This document shows, one piece after another, positions 43,101-58,200 of a stretch of DNA of 64,000 bases. Where the stretch lies: contig NC_043001.1 in NCBI RefSeq assembly GCF_006345805.1, forward strand, positions 22,506,001 to 22,570,000, given 5' to 3'. Source of the stretch: Octopus sinensis. Its lineage: Eukaryota. Position 1 is the first letter of the stretch. Each line of letters starts with the position of its first letter. Made by a program: the position numbers and the translations under genes. The notes under the pieces are model-generated. The model saw only the letters and a list, made by a program, of their open reading frames with translations, did no database searches and was not told the DNA's origin.

Positions 43101-46100
43101 CCTGCTTTAATTAACACAAGAGAAAGTTATTGAGATAATTCGTATTTTTTTTAATTATTTCAATATCTACAAAATGCAGATGTTTATTTGGGTTTATCTG
43201 CTTGGTAGTCAATTTAGAGTATTTTTTGTAAATGTACTTACAGTAAGAGCTAATTCCACTGCTTCTTCATACAATCCCATCACAGAATATATATGGACAC
43301 ATGCTTCCTTATGATTCAGCTCTAAACAAAGTCTGAGAGCATATTTGAGATCATAGCAAACATGTTCCGGCTCCTTTGGTATAGAAGAAAAAAAGGAACA
43401 GAAGAAGAATTTTCATTATTTATGAATGAGATTGAGATTTGAAACTACATGGATCTAGATAAAAGAGAGTTCGTAAATGACAAGATAACATGCAAAACAA
43501 GAGTTGTGGATATTAAAATTTATGTGAAAACCAACTTAATCATCTTCAACGTTAATATTTTAGAACCTAGTTTTCATAAAAGCACGGTAAAATAGTAATG
43601 GTATAAAAGTAAATCTGATATATCACAAAATAAATAAATGAACACAAAAGCAGTGATGATAAAATCTCTTAGTTACGTAAAGACCAACCAAATTACAGAT
43701 AATGATTGAAGATAGTGTAATTATGAGAATATTGTGCCAGCTTACCTGCCCTTGACTTGATAGATAAACCATGAGTTGACCAGCTTGTAGCCTAGCATAT
43801 AGTGATAACAAATAGTTGTGTATTGGAGGGTCTCTTACATCCAGCTCTTCAACACAAAACTTCAAGTATTGTATGGCTTGATTTCCCTATAGAACAATAA
43901 TAAAATGTTTCAAAACATATAAAAGATTTCTATAAATAAAACAGTACTCCCAGTTATAATAATAATAATGAAATTATTGTATACAGTGCTCAGGTACACC
44001 ACAACTTGTCAAAAGTGTGTATAAAGCATATGCAGTAATGTACAAGTGTCTGGAAAGAGAACAGTGTATGAGTCAGATACATGCTTGCGTGTGTATGGAG
44101 GGGAGAAAATCAGGTGTAGTGTTGCCACAGAAACCGGGTGTAGTATGCCACAGAAACCAGGAAACCGGGCCCATGAGCCTGGTTAGGCTTGAAAAGGGCG
44201 AATAAATAAATAATATACGTACTTGCTCATGGTGTTTTTTACTGTCGTATTGCACTAGTGATGGAATTAATCTTTTAGGATCAAGCTTATTGCGTTGTTT
44301 CTTCCAAGACTTGACTGTTTCAACAGGGATATGCTGCATAAGAACTGGGGAAAATTTATAGAAGAGCTCCATTTGATTCTGTCAATGTTTAAAAGAGAAA
44401 AACATATTAGATAAAAAAATTTAAAAACTTGCAATGTATGTCAGAATGCATAAGTATTTATTTTACTAATAGTTATCAAAGGCAATAATGACTACAAAAA
44501 TTAGTTAGATTTGATTTTAATAGTAAATTATCCACATCTCATGGAATTAAAACAATCATTTTTTTTTTTTTATGAGTGATTGTTAAAAATTTAAACAAAA
44601 TTGCAATTTACTCTCTCTCTCTCTCTCATTCACACACAAACACAAAATTGACCTTGGTGGAATTTGAACTCACAGTGCAGGGAGCTGGAACAAATACTGC
44701 AAGGCATTTTGTCCTCTGCTTTAATGACTTAGATTATTTCCATCAAAGACATGCGGCAATCATGCTTTGAAACAAACACTTTGGATTCAAAGCAATATTA
44801 TGAAGTAAATAACAAAATTACCGTATTTACTTGTGTGTAGGTTGCACCCCTAATTTAGTGTTAAATCTTAGTACAAAATTTTTATTCTCCCCATAGCTTT
44901 AGCTTTGCCCAATGTATAAGTTGCACCCCAATTTTTTCAGTTAAAATTAAATATAAATAGTGTGACTTTTACACAAGTAAATATGGGAAGTAAAATAGTG
45001 TGAATTCATGATAAATTTATGAATTAATATGTTTAATTTACTTCAACTGCAGCATAATTATATTCTATAAGCAATTAAATGTTTTATATATAGTCTTTTA
45101 CTCATTTCAGTCATTTGACTGTGGCCATGCTGGAGCACCGCCTTTAGTCGAGCAAATCGACCCCAGGACTTATTCTTTGTAAGCTTAGTACTTATTCTAT
45201 CAGTCTCTTTTTCCGAACCGCTAAGTTTCGGGGACGTAAACACACCAGCATCGGTTGTCAAGCGATGTTGGGGGTACAAACACAGACACACACACATACA
45301 TATATACGACGGGCTTCTTTCAGTTTCCATCTACCAAATCCACTCACAAGGCTTTGGTTGGCCCGAGGCTATAGTAGAAGACACTTGCCCAAGGTGCCAT
45401 GCAGTGGGACTGAACCCGGAACCATGTGGTTCGTAAGCAAGCTACTTACCACACAGCCACTCCTACACCTATATACTTTATAATTTATCTATATTTCACA
45501 AATGATATTTTCTTTTTGTCACAGCAGCTCTTACAAGAAGCAAATTAAAATAAAAAGGCTTTGATTATAAACAAAGGATTAATCTGAAACCGAAAGAATT
45601 TCCAAACAATTATTATATTGTCTACAAAAAAAAAAGTTATACGGAAAAAGGAAATTTTTTATAATGTCATCTAAATTTACATCAGTGAAGATATCATTCC
45701 CTAACTCCAAGAATGGTGTCTTTCAACCTTCATTTGGATTACTTAATGAATGGATATAAAATTCAATTTTCAATAAAAAGAATTCAACAATATTATTTAC
45801 TGTTTTTGAGTGCTATTTGTAGGAATGAACAAATAATGAATGCTAATATTTGTAAACTAAATACAGATATACACATAAATTACATGTAAATATATATATA
45901 TATATATAAATACAAAATGGGACAAGAACACAAAACATTAAAATAGACGATACAAAAACACGGACAGGTCATTCGAAGCCTCTAATCTTCAGTCAAAAAC
46001 CGGATCATCCTCGCAATTTCGGCTGATTAATCTTGACATTATATACACACATATATACAAGGAGGTGCTGAAAAATTCCTGGCTTGGGGTTAAAGAAAAT

Positions 46101-48053
46101 ATAAGATGATCAGTTAATCATGATTTTATTGAACATATTCACCTCTCAGATTCACACACTGATGCTGGCATGGTTTAGATAGTTTGACAGGAGCCAGCCA
46201 GCTGTCCAGACTCCAATTGTATCCCGTGGCATGGTTTCTATGGCTGGATGCCCTTACTAATGCCAACCACTTTGCAGAATGTGCAGGATGCTTTTTATGT
46301 GCCACTGTCACAGGTGTGTTTATGCAGCACTGGCATGCATGCATTTTACAGGTGCATCAGCACCTATAAAGGTGCAAGCCTGTATGGATGGAAGACAGAG
46401 ATTTTACTTAGCTTGATATGTCTTCTCAAGTGCAGCAATTCTCCACATCTCCCAGTCCCTTGTCATTTCCTCAGTGATGCCCAGCATCTGAAGATCCTTT
46501 CTCACCACTTCACACCAGGTCTTCCTGGGTCTACCCTTTCTACAAGTTCCCTCCACAATTACAACTCAACACTTTTTTACACAGCTGTCCTCACCTATAT
46601 GCATCACATGACCAAACCAGCGTAGTCTTCTCTCCTGCACACAACATCTGATGCTTCTTATATCCAGTCTCCCTCTTAAATCCTTTATACTCAGTTGTTT
46701 TATTCAACATAGCTTCATGTGACATTATTTATTGATATAGATGAGAGTATCAAAAGTGAGTAGGCTTTTAAATGAATTAAAAAGAATATCAATTATAAAT
46801 GCACTATTTTTAGGCAGTGCTCTAGCATGGCCACAGTCTAAAAGAGTATATTTCTACTAGGCATTTTTATTGATTACTAATTTGTCGTTGTCATCGTCAT
46901 CATCGTTTAACATCTGTTTTCCATGCTGGCATGGGTTGGACGGTTTGACTGAGGTCTGGAAAACCAGCAGCTGCACCAGGCTCCAATCTGATCTGGCAAT
47001 GTTTCTACAGTTGGATGCTGTAGTTCTGGTATATCCTTATGGATAAATGAATAAATTGCAACAGTGTAATAACAATATAATCGCAACAAACAGCAGTAAC
47101 CACACGGAATGTAACAACAATCTTTTAAGAACAGACAATCCAACATGCTAACTTGAACAGTAAACTTTTAACTCCAACTTTGAACTATCAACACATGAAC
47201 TGTGAAACTAGCACTAACTACCTCACTTATTCAGGCCGCTACTATTGACATGTAGTGGTCTAGTCCATACTTGCCAGGGGGTGCTGTACTCTCGCACAAC
47301 AAGATTAACCCTTTAGTGTTCGCATTATTCTGCCACAATTAATGCTTCTTCATCCACATTGTTTTGAACTAATCATGCATTATCTTGTAGCTATGAGATT
47401 TTGATGAGGTAGCTGTTAATTTTTAAAATGATATTGTAGGGTTGGTGTGGGAGACCAGATCTGGCCAGTTTGAACATAAAACAGGCAGAATACTTTTGGC
47501 CGGATATGGCCGGTTTAAATGCTAAAGGGTTAAATACTTACTTGTTCATTGAGTACCTCGAGGGCAACTTTGTAGTACTCATGTTGAATATAATGACTTA
47601 TTACTCTCTCAAAATCTGAAAAATAAAAATAAAGAAATACTTTGATGGTCTCTTTAAATGTCAAATGACAACCACGGTAAAGTAAGTTACTGAATCTATC
47701 ACACATCTTTTTACTCTTGAATTGTTCAATTATTATTGTTATAAAGATGGCAAGCTGGCAGAATTGTTAGCACACTGGGCAAAAGGCTTAGCAGCATTTC
47801 GTCTGACTCTACATTTTGAGTTCGAATCCTGCCGAGGTTGACTTTGCCTTTTATGCTTTCAGGGTCGATAAATTAAGTACCAGTGAAACACTAGGGTCGA
47901 TGTAATTGACTAGACCTCTCACCCAAAATTTCAGGCCTTGTGCCTATAGTAGAAAGGATTATTATTATTATTAATAAGAGTTATGGATATGTAAGAATGG
48001 ATAAAATAAAAAAATGACTAGTAAGAATACATACACATGTGTGTGTGTATGTA

Positions 48054-48089
<36 letters not shown>

Positions 48090-48743
48090 CATACACATAA
48101 ACACAAATACGTTTTTTGAGCTTGAAAGATTGCAGGATAGTACATGGCATGCTATATAAGCTTGTCTGAATACTGTACTATCAGAGCATGAAACTTCTGG
48201 TGGTTCACATTTAAATTCCATTATTATCATCACCATTTAATGTCCATTTTCCATGCTGGTATGGGCTGGATGGTCTGACAGGAGCTGACAAGTCAGAAGA
48301 CTGTGCCAAACTCTGTCTGCTTTGGCAAGATTTTCACACCAGAATGCCCTTTCTAATACAAACATGTTTATCAAATTATATATATTCTTTATTCTTTTAT
48401 TCTTTTGTTTCAGTTGTTTGACTGCAGCCATGCTGGAGCACAACCTTTAGTTGAACAAATCAACCCCAGGACTTATTCTTTGTAAGCCTAATACTTAATC
48501 TATTAGTCTCTTTTGCCGAACCGCTAAGGGGACATAAACACACCAGCATTGGTTGTCAAGATGGTGGGGGGACAGACACACACACACACGATGGGCTTCT
48601 TTCAGCTTCTGTCTACCAAATCCACTCACAAGGCTTTGGTCGGCCCAAGGCTATAGTAGAAGACACTAGCCCAAGGTGCCATGCAGTGGGACTGAACCCA
48701 GAACCATGTGATCAGGAAGCAAGCTTCTTACCACACAGCCATG

Positions 48744-48780
<37 letters not shown>

Positions 48781-51700
48781 ATTAAAATGATAGAAGTTGA
48801 AAGGTCTGAATTAAAAGACTGCAATTAGAAAGTTTTTTTGTGACGAGAAGGAAGCATGGATGAACTTAACTTAAACATCAGAGGTAAATTTGAAACACAA
48901 TAGTTTCATATCATCGAAGATTTGAAATAGAAATAGAAAAGGAGTAAGAAGGGGGGGGGGATCTTGATTAAAAAGTAAAAATGTATTATAAAGAACAATA
49001 AAATGGAACTTGTTTTATTACACAGTGATATTCACACTTAAATATTGATTTAAAATTTTGGCACAAGGCCAGCAATTTTGGAGGAGGAGGCAAGATGATT
49101 ACATTGACTCCAGCACTCAACTGGTACTTATTTTATCAACACCAGAAGGATGAAAGGCAACGCCAACCTCGATGGAATTTGAACTCAGAATCAAAAAACA
49201 GATGTAATGTCACAAAGCAACTTGCCCAGTGTGCTAACGAACACTGCAATTTAAATGTGAATGTCATTTAAAAAAAAAATTAAGGAAATTTAGCTTTCTA
49301 TTCAGTAAAAAATAAATTGATAAATTAAGTAATATTCGTAGCTACTTTAACATGGTTGTCCGTTTGAGCAAACTCTACTGCGATTTTTTAACCCCAAGAA
49401 GACACATCTAGCTGGTTAACGATGCACAGTAGCATCTGATAAAATTGGGAGCAGAGGAGCGAACCCCTACAATCTCCTAATCTCTTAGATTAAATAAATA
49501 AAAAAACTCCAGAATTGATTACTATTAAATTGAAGTTTGAACAAGAATTAAAATTAGGGTTAATATTTAAATGTTTTCATGATGTTAAGAAAATGAAGTG
49601 AAATTTAAAAAAACCAAACAAAAAGACATAATTACCTTTCATTAACCTGGCAAAATACATCAAGTCTTCAACATCACCATGGCTAGCAATCAGGTCATAA
49701 ATAACTTGCCGGTTGTTACATACACATTCCTGAAAAATATATTGTTGTATCAGACAGTTGACCTTTGACACAGATTTATTTTCCAACCTGCTTGTTTCCA
49801 TACAATGACTCTTTTCTACTACATCTGTCAGATTATGGGTTTACATATAACTGAGGATGCAATTCCATATTGGAATAAATTAAGTTTTAACTAAGAAGTC
49901 ATCTCTGTAAATTGAATTTGTATGGTTTAGTTGATTGTGTGTGGAGGCACATGGCCTAGTGGTTAGAGCAGCGGACTCACGGTCGAGAGATCGCGGGTTC
50001 AAATCTCAGACCGGGCGATGTGTGTGTTTATGAGCAAAACACCTAAGCTCCACGTGTCTCTGGCAGAAGGCAATGGCGAACTTCTACTGACTCTTTCGCC
50101 ACAACTTTCCTCCTTCATCTTGCAGCTCACCTGCGACAGACCGGCGTCCCGTCTAGGTGGGGAACCTATACGCCAAGGATACCGGGAAACCGGCCCTTAT
50201 GAGCCAGGCACGGTTCGAGAAGGAACAAACAAAAACAAACAGTTGAATGTGTGCGGGTATGGCTGCATGGTGAACAAGTTTGTTTTGCAACCATGTGGAT
50301 TTGATTTCAATCCCACTGCATGGCATCTAGGGCAAGGGTCTTTTACATTAGCCTCAGGCTGACCAATGTCTTATCAGTGAAATTTGGTAAACAGAAATTG
50401 TATGGCTGGTGTGTGTGTGTGTTTTAGTTTGTATCTGCATATTTTCTCATTGATATTGCTATAAACAAAATGATTGGCAAGGCTCAATATGATTACAACA
50501 GAATAGATTACCTTACATGAAAGACAAGTAAGGAGTGACATTAGAAAGGGCATCCAGTCAGAAAATACTGCCTCAAGAAGTCTTGCACAGCCCACATTAA
50601 CATGGGCAACATAAACTCAATGATTTTGAGATGATGGAAATGCAATAGCTGATAGAAATCATAATGGTTTCCAATATCTAACAGAATCAATAAAAAGAAC
50701 CACTGTATCAAAGTGTTAAAATTCCATGAATTAAAAATCTTTTAGTGGGAGATAAAATGTTTCATCAAATAAAAGCATATACAATTATGATGAAGAAATT
50801 ATTTACTTTAATAATACTTTGGTTCAGAAATTGGCAAAACTCTTTTTGAAGATCTGGGTACAGGGAATCTTTCTCATCATTTTGTTCCTTGAGTTCTCCA
50901 AGTTGATTCAAATAAATTTCAGTCAGCCATGTGACAAGCATTGTCATCTGGGTACGGTCCTACAAACAGACATGTTTCAGTGAAAAATTATTTGAAGAAA
51001 TAATGCAACTGAAAACATTTAAAAACAACTTATAGATAAGTTTGACTCAAGTAATATTAAGTGAGAATAAAAACAGACATTTGATATAGCTTCTTTAATT
51101 CTTAACTTCTGTATTGGTAAACAGTCATATAAAAACGTTGATATATAAACCTTAAAAAGGCTTGGTATACAGACCCTGTCTATAAATGGTTGGCTAGAAC
51201 TATGACCTCATTCACACATTATTTTGCAAGGTTTTGCTTAATGGAATATATTCATAATTAGTAATTAATCAATTAATTAACTTTTTGGCTCTTGAAATGT
51301 TCTTAATTGCATTTATTACCACTATGATATGATTATTATTAATATTTTTAATATCCATTTTTCCATACTGATAAGAGTTGATCAAACAATTATTTTTATT
51401 TATATTTTTTTTAGCTAAAGCATGTCTTGTAAATTTAGAAATAATTTTATTAATATTGATTTCTATATTTTTAGCTAAAAATCATAAATGTATTTTGCAT
51501 CTATAATTTCATTGGTCATGACTACGGTTATGAAGCTTGATTTGCAACCCTGAGGTTCTACATTCAGTCCTTATGTACAACACCTTGGGTAAATGTCTTC
51601 TACTACAGGCAGGATGACATACCTTGTGATTGGAATTGATAAAGAGAAACAGAGAAGAAACCCGAGTGGATCGAATAGATAATGGCAAATTAACTAAGAA

Positions 51701-52219
51701 GCATCTTTGTGTCTCTTTCGCTAAACAGAGCACTCAGAAAAATTTCAGCTAATTCAAATGGTCAATTCAGCTGGAATATCACCTGATGAGATGAAGTCAC
51801 ATAGTGTTACCTAATAAATTATGGAATGGATTCATATCTGTATTAAACCACACTACTGAAATGCAGGTAGTGATGTTTTAAACTATCCATTCATTTCTGT
51901 TTACTATATATATGTGTGTGTGTGTGTGTGTGGAGGCACATGGCCTAGTGGTTAGAGCAGCAGACTTGCGGTCGAGGGATCACAGGTTTGAATCTCAGAC
52001 CAGGCGATGTGTGTGTTTATGAGCGAAACACCTAAGCTCCACGCGGCTCCAGCAGAAGGTAATGGTGAACTTCTGCTGACTCTTTTGCCACAACTTTCTC
52101 TCACTCTTTCCTCGTGCATCTTGCAGCTCACCTGCGACAGACCGTGTCCCGTGCAGGTGGGGAACCTATACACCAAGGAAACCGGCCCTATGAGCCAGGC
52201 GTGGCTCGAGAAGGAACAA

Positions 52220-52274
<55 letters not shown>

Positions 52275-55200
52275 GTGTGTGTGTGCACAGATGCCATACC
52301 ACATGTTCTAATCAATGCTGTCTGAGTGAAAACACTGTTTTTATTTACAATCTTTGATAAACAAAAAGTCTCGTAGATTCAACTTTTGATGCTTGGAAAC
52401 TATTCCCTTACTGGGAAAACTAATAAGGACTGGCAACAGGAAGAACATCTGGTTATAGAAACTATTCCTCAACAAGTTTCATCTAATCCATACCAGCATG
52501 AAAAAAATGAACATAAAACTGAGTGAACAAATGAATCAACATTGATAATTTACTGAAGCACATTTAAACGTGTATAATTAAAATGTTTAATAATTTTTAA
52601 AAAGTCTAAACATTTCACTCTCCCTGTAAAAATTAATTTCCAAACTGAGAAAAGCAATATCATTAGACTGTATTTGCTCAGGTATAAATTGTGCAATTAC
52701 ATACTTGATTTTAACTGAAAAAAATTGGCTGTGACATATACATGGGGCAAAGCTAAAACTATGAAGGGAGAAAATTTTGTACTAAGTTTTAACACCTAAT
52801 TAGAAGTACAACAAACATGCAAGTAAATACAGTAAAGTCCAGAACATAAACTGCTAAAATATTAGAACAAATTTACACTTACCTGGACCCTAAGACTATT
52901 CAGTTTCTGTGTAAGGAAAGCTTTTAGAGGTTCTTTATCTTCAAGGTTAATAAACCTTAATGCAATTTCCTCAAAAGAACTTTCTGTGTTAGCGTACATG
53001 ACAGCACTTTCTTTATATCTACATCAGAAGTAGGAACAAGTATTAAGATAAACATTTTAAAAATCAGTTAAGAACTTATATAAAACACAAATGTTGCTCA
53101 AATAGTTTCTGGTTAAATTCCTTTTAGGGATGCCATAAACTCTAAAGGGATTTCAAGGGTTAGTGTTTAGTTGCTGTTCAGCAGGTGACAGATAAAATCT
53201 TTTCTGATGAGGCTCATGAACTTATAGTTAATATCTTATCCAGTTGTTCTTTTTGCTTCATCTTATTTTATTTCAAAAAAATAAAAAATAATAATAAATG
53301 CACCCTTTTTAAAGCCTAGCCAGGCTCATGGGCCCGGTTCCTGGTTTCAATGGCGTATGTGTTCCCCAGCTGGATGGGATGCCAGTCCATCGCAGCATTA
53401 CTCATTTTTGCCAGCTGAGTGGACTGGAGCAACATAAAATGAAGTGTTTTGCTCAAGAACACAATGTGTCGTCCGATCCAGGAATCGAAACCACAATCTT
53501 ACGACCATGATGCTGACACCCTAACCACTAAACCACGCACCCACACATTTTAAAATAATATGGTATTAAAAGCATTAGATGTTAATATACAAGATAACTT
53601 AGTTATGGAAAGATGGGAAAACTAGACGAAAAAGTAGTGAAATAGTGATTGGTGTTAGCAGAAGTACAAATAGTCAAAATAAGAATGAGCCTTTTTGGCA
53701 TCAACCCATCTGAGACTGTTCCTGGTTCTAGGGTACAAACTTTCTGTTTTAAAGTAATTTCAATTAAAATTTCTCATTAGAATTTCATGTTAATTTATGT
53801 TCAAAACAGCTTGATAATATGAAAATAATTTCACTCTATTTTCATCATTTTTGAAATTAATTGAAATAAAAAGAGTATTTCAACAGAAATCCTCATCATC
53901 TTCATTTATTGTCTATTGTCCAAACTGGCATGGGTTAGCTGGTTTGACAGGAACTGCTAAGTTGGAGAGCTGTACTAGGTTCCAGTCTGATTTTGGCTTG
54001 GTTTCTACAGCTGGATGCCCTTCCCAATGTCAACAACTCCAACAATGTAGTGGGTTCATTTTACGTGTCGTTGGCATTGGTAATAATTATGATTTCACTT
54101 GGCTTGATGAATCTTCTCAAGTACAGCAAATCATCAAAGGACTCAGTCACTTGTCTTCACTTCCATGACACCCAACATTCAAAGATCATGCTTCTCTACC
54201 TCATTCCATATCTTCCTGGGTCTACCTCTTCTATAGCTTCCTTCCAGTTAGAGATCAGCACTTCTTTACACAGCTGTCCTTGTCCATACACATTACATGA
54301 CTGTACTAGCACAGTTATCTTCCTTGTACACTGCATCAGATGCTTCTTATGCCCAATTCTTCTCTCAAGATGCTTACACTTTGTTGAATGTGCACACTGA
54401 CATTGTACATCCAGTGAAGCATACTAGCTTCATTTCTTTCGAGCTTTCACATGTCCACATGTCCTCTGCAGTCACAGCCCTTGTTTCACTGCCATGTAGT
54501 GTAGCTGTTCACACATAGGCATTATACAATATGCCTTTCACTCTGAGAGAGAGGCTCTTTGTTATCAACAAAGGTAGAAGCTCTCTGAACTTTGCCCAGC
54601 CCATTCTTATTCTAGCAGCTATGTTCTCAGAGCATCCACCTCCACTGCTGACTTGGTCATCTAGATAGGGGAAGCTATCAATTACTTCTAGGTACCCCCA
54701 CCTGCCATTTGAAGGAGTCTATTTTCTGTACATTTCTAGTGTGTATTGTACCTGTACATCTGCCACATACAAAAACTATTTTCCCTGTTAACCTTCCTCT
54801 GATATTGCTACACCTCCTGTGTTCATAGCTTGCACTCTTTACTCTTTTACTTGTTTCAGTCATTTGACTGTGGCCATGCTGGAGCACCGCTTTTAGTCAA
54901 GCAAATCGACCCCAGGACTTATTCTTTGTAAGCCTAGTACTTATTCTATCAGTCTCTTTTGCCGAAGTGCTAAGTTATGGGGATGTAAACACACCAGCAT
55001 CGGTTGTCAAGCGATGTTGGGGGACAAACACACATATATATATATATATATACGACGGGCTTCTTTCAGTTTCCATCTGCCAAATCCATTCACAAGGCTT
55101 TGGTTGGCCCGAGGCTATAGTAGAAGACACTTGCCCATGGTGCCACGCAGTGGGACTGAACCCGAACAATGTGGTTGGTAAGCAAGCTACTTACTACACA

Positions 55201-58200
55201 GCCACTCCTGCGCCTTTAATGCACTGGGTACATGTTATGAAATTTCTACCTACATCTTTTCTACATATTGAGCAGGGCCATCTATCTGAAGGGATTTGTG
55301 ATTTGTCAGCTTTCCTACTTACTAAGACTTGGGTTTTTGCTAAATTAACTCTAAGGCTCTTTGTTCCAGACCTTGCTTTCACACCTGAAATTTTTTTGCT
55401 CCAGTTCTGGTAGTGATTCAGCTATAAGAACAAGGTCATCACCAGCATAAAGGAGTTCCCAGGGGCAGTCTGATTTAAATTCTTCTGTTATTACCTGGAG
55501 GACTATGAAGAACGGTGGGGAGAAGGGGTCAGGACTGATCCTTGATAAACTACTTGTACACTGAATTCATTGCTATACTCGCTGCTAACCCTCACCTTAC
55601 TGACAGCATCCCTGCACGTGGTTTGTACAGCTCTCACTAACTGTCAACTACCCTTAGTTACTGCATTGACCAACAGATAAGGGAGCAGAGGACCCTGTTG
55701 AAGGCTTTCTCTGTGTCAACAAAAACCAAGTACAGAGGTTTATTTTTGGCTAGGTACTTCTGCAGCTGCCTTACCAGGAATATAGCATCAGTGGTGCTTC
55801 TCTCTGGCACTAAACTAACCTGCATCTCATCTAGATTAACACAAGCACTTTGGAAAAAGTCAGAACAATAGGCGCAGGAGTGGCTGTGTGGTAAGTAGCT
55901 TGCTTACCAACCACATGGGTCCGGGTTCAGTCCCACTGCGTGGCACCTTGGGTAAGTGTCTTCTACTATATCCTTGGGCCGACCAATGCCTTGTGAGTGG
56001 ATTTGGTAGACGGAAGCTGAAAGAAGCCCGTCGTATATATGTATATATATATGTGTGTGTGTGTGTTTGTGTGTCTGTGTTTGTCCCCCTAGCATTGCTT
56101 GACAACCGATGGTGGTGTGTTTATGTCTCCGTAACTTAGCAGTTCGGCAAAAGAGACCGATAGAATAAGTACTGGGCTTACAAAAGAATAAGTCCCGGGG
56201 TCAAGTTGCTCGATTAAAGGCGGTGCTCCAGCATGGCCGCAGTCAAATGACTGAAACAAGTAAAAGAGTAAAGAGAGTAACAACAGAATTTACAGTTTTT
56301 TTCTTGTGCTTAAATAATTTTTAATATTAACAAATGCATTAAAGTGGTGAGCTGACAGAATCATTACCACGCTGGACATTTTGTCGTCCTTACATTCTGA
56401 GTTCAAATTCTGCTGAAGTCAACTTCACTTTTCATGTTTCAGGGCCAATAAAATAAGTACCAGTTGAGCAATGGGGGTGATGTAATCAACTTATCCCCTC
56501 CCCCAAACTTGCTGGCCTTGTGCCAAAATTTGAAACCAATATTAATGAATGCATTTGGGAACAGTATCCAAGTTCTCATAGGGGTGATGTCACCACATCT
56601 CTTCTGAATAAATGGTGTGTTGATAAATAGAACAGTCAATCTTGCTCATTAACACATACACAGAAAAACAACTCTTAAATGAACTGGTATGAATTGATAG
56701 TAATTAAACTAGAACTTACCTTTTTAAAGAAAAAAGATGGTCTGCTTCTTTAGTCATTACTTCGTCTAATTGCATCCTATTGTCCTAAAACAAGAAGAAA
56801 ACTCTTAGTGATATGTTGATGATGGGTACAACTGAAACACTGCTAAAAATAGCCTTTTGTTGTTTGTTACTTTAGTATAACTTGTACTGGTTACTATATT
56901 TACTATAATTTGTATTCTGATTTGCTTTGGTGAAACCTTCTGTTGAATTCACTTAGGATAGGATAGAAAACAGGCTATTATTAGACACATTAAACCACAT
57001 GAAGCATGGGCAATTACTTTCAAGTCATCATTAGGTGACCCTCGTTTGTAGTTTTGTAAAAAAAATATACTTGGTGTCTATTACAGAATTTACATTAGTA
57101 AAATATTGAACAGATCCAAGAGAGACAAAGGTGAGATTAAGTAAGATTAACAGAATAAACGATAAGGATTGAAGCATGTTTCAAGCTATAAGATGCGATC
57201 AGATGACAAATAGCTTTACTGGTAGCAAAAGAGTTACAAATAATTTTTAGCCCTCTAATGTGTGTAATAGAAAAAAAATAAAGAAGGGAAATAGCTCAAA
57301 TGAACTACTGGTATGAAAAAACAAATCAGAATATTAATTGTGGTAAACATGGCAACCAATTTATTGAAATTTTCCTCTTAATTGGAGAAAGAAAACAGAA
57401 AATTAGCAGTAATTGTCAATGACTCTCAAAGGAAGGAAGGCAATCATTTCAAGAAATTAAGAATTGGTCACTCAAAGTTTATTTATATACCAAGGATAAA
57501 GAATAGCCTATGAGGTTAAAGAGACTGAAACATGTCTATGGTTGTCTCTTATTTACGAACAATGATCAGACTTTTCTCTACCCATGTAAATTAACTTTGG
57601 GAGACATACTATTCATGATATTGCTTGTAGGAAATATTTATTTTAAATTATAAAAACAATAATCTTTAACCTTTTATCACTCTGCATCAGACACATTATT
57701 ATGGCCTCAAATGTACCTTTATGATTTGTTAAGATAATACCTGAATTTTTAAACAAGATGTGAAAATAATTAAAAAGCATTATTACTCGACAATATTCTT
57801 TAGCTTGGTCAAATTTGCCTTGGTCAAGATAGATCCGCCAGACATCCCTGCAAAAAGAAATTTTAAAATATATAGCTAATACAATAAACAGAAAAGAATT
57901 TCAAAAACCTTTATATGAATAATGTAGGCATATGAAACACTTACAAATATAAATGAAAATAATGGTATTAAAAATAGCTTGATAAGAATGAATTGCTTAG
58001 TAAATTACAAAATGATTTTGGAAAATGATGAAATGATTAGAATTGTTAGACACATCTAACTCATTAACTTTACAAACTACTTTATGTTTTAAATAGTCCA
58101 GGGTCTTCATTTGATATATGTACCTTGCCTCTAAAAAATCCTGTATATCATAGTCGTAGGAGTGGCTGTGTGGTAAGTAGCTTGCTTACGAACCACATGG

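Noticed and set aside
50962-50985. GAAACATGTC palindromic stem-III-like motif on - strand
   Set aside because: No CUGANGA core upstream; it overlaps a VPS18 acceptor region.
53200-53235. CTGATGA as a hammerhead core
   Set aside because: Followed by GAAC rather than GAAA, and no stem I pairing.
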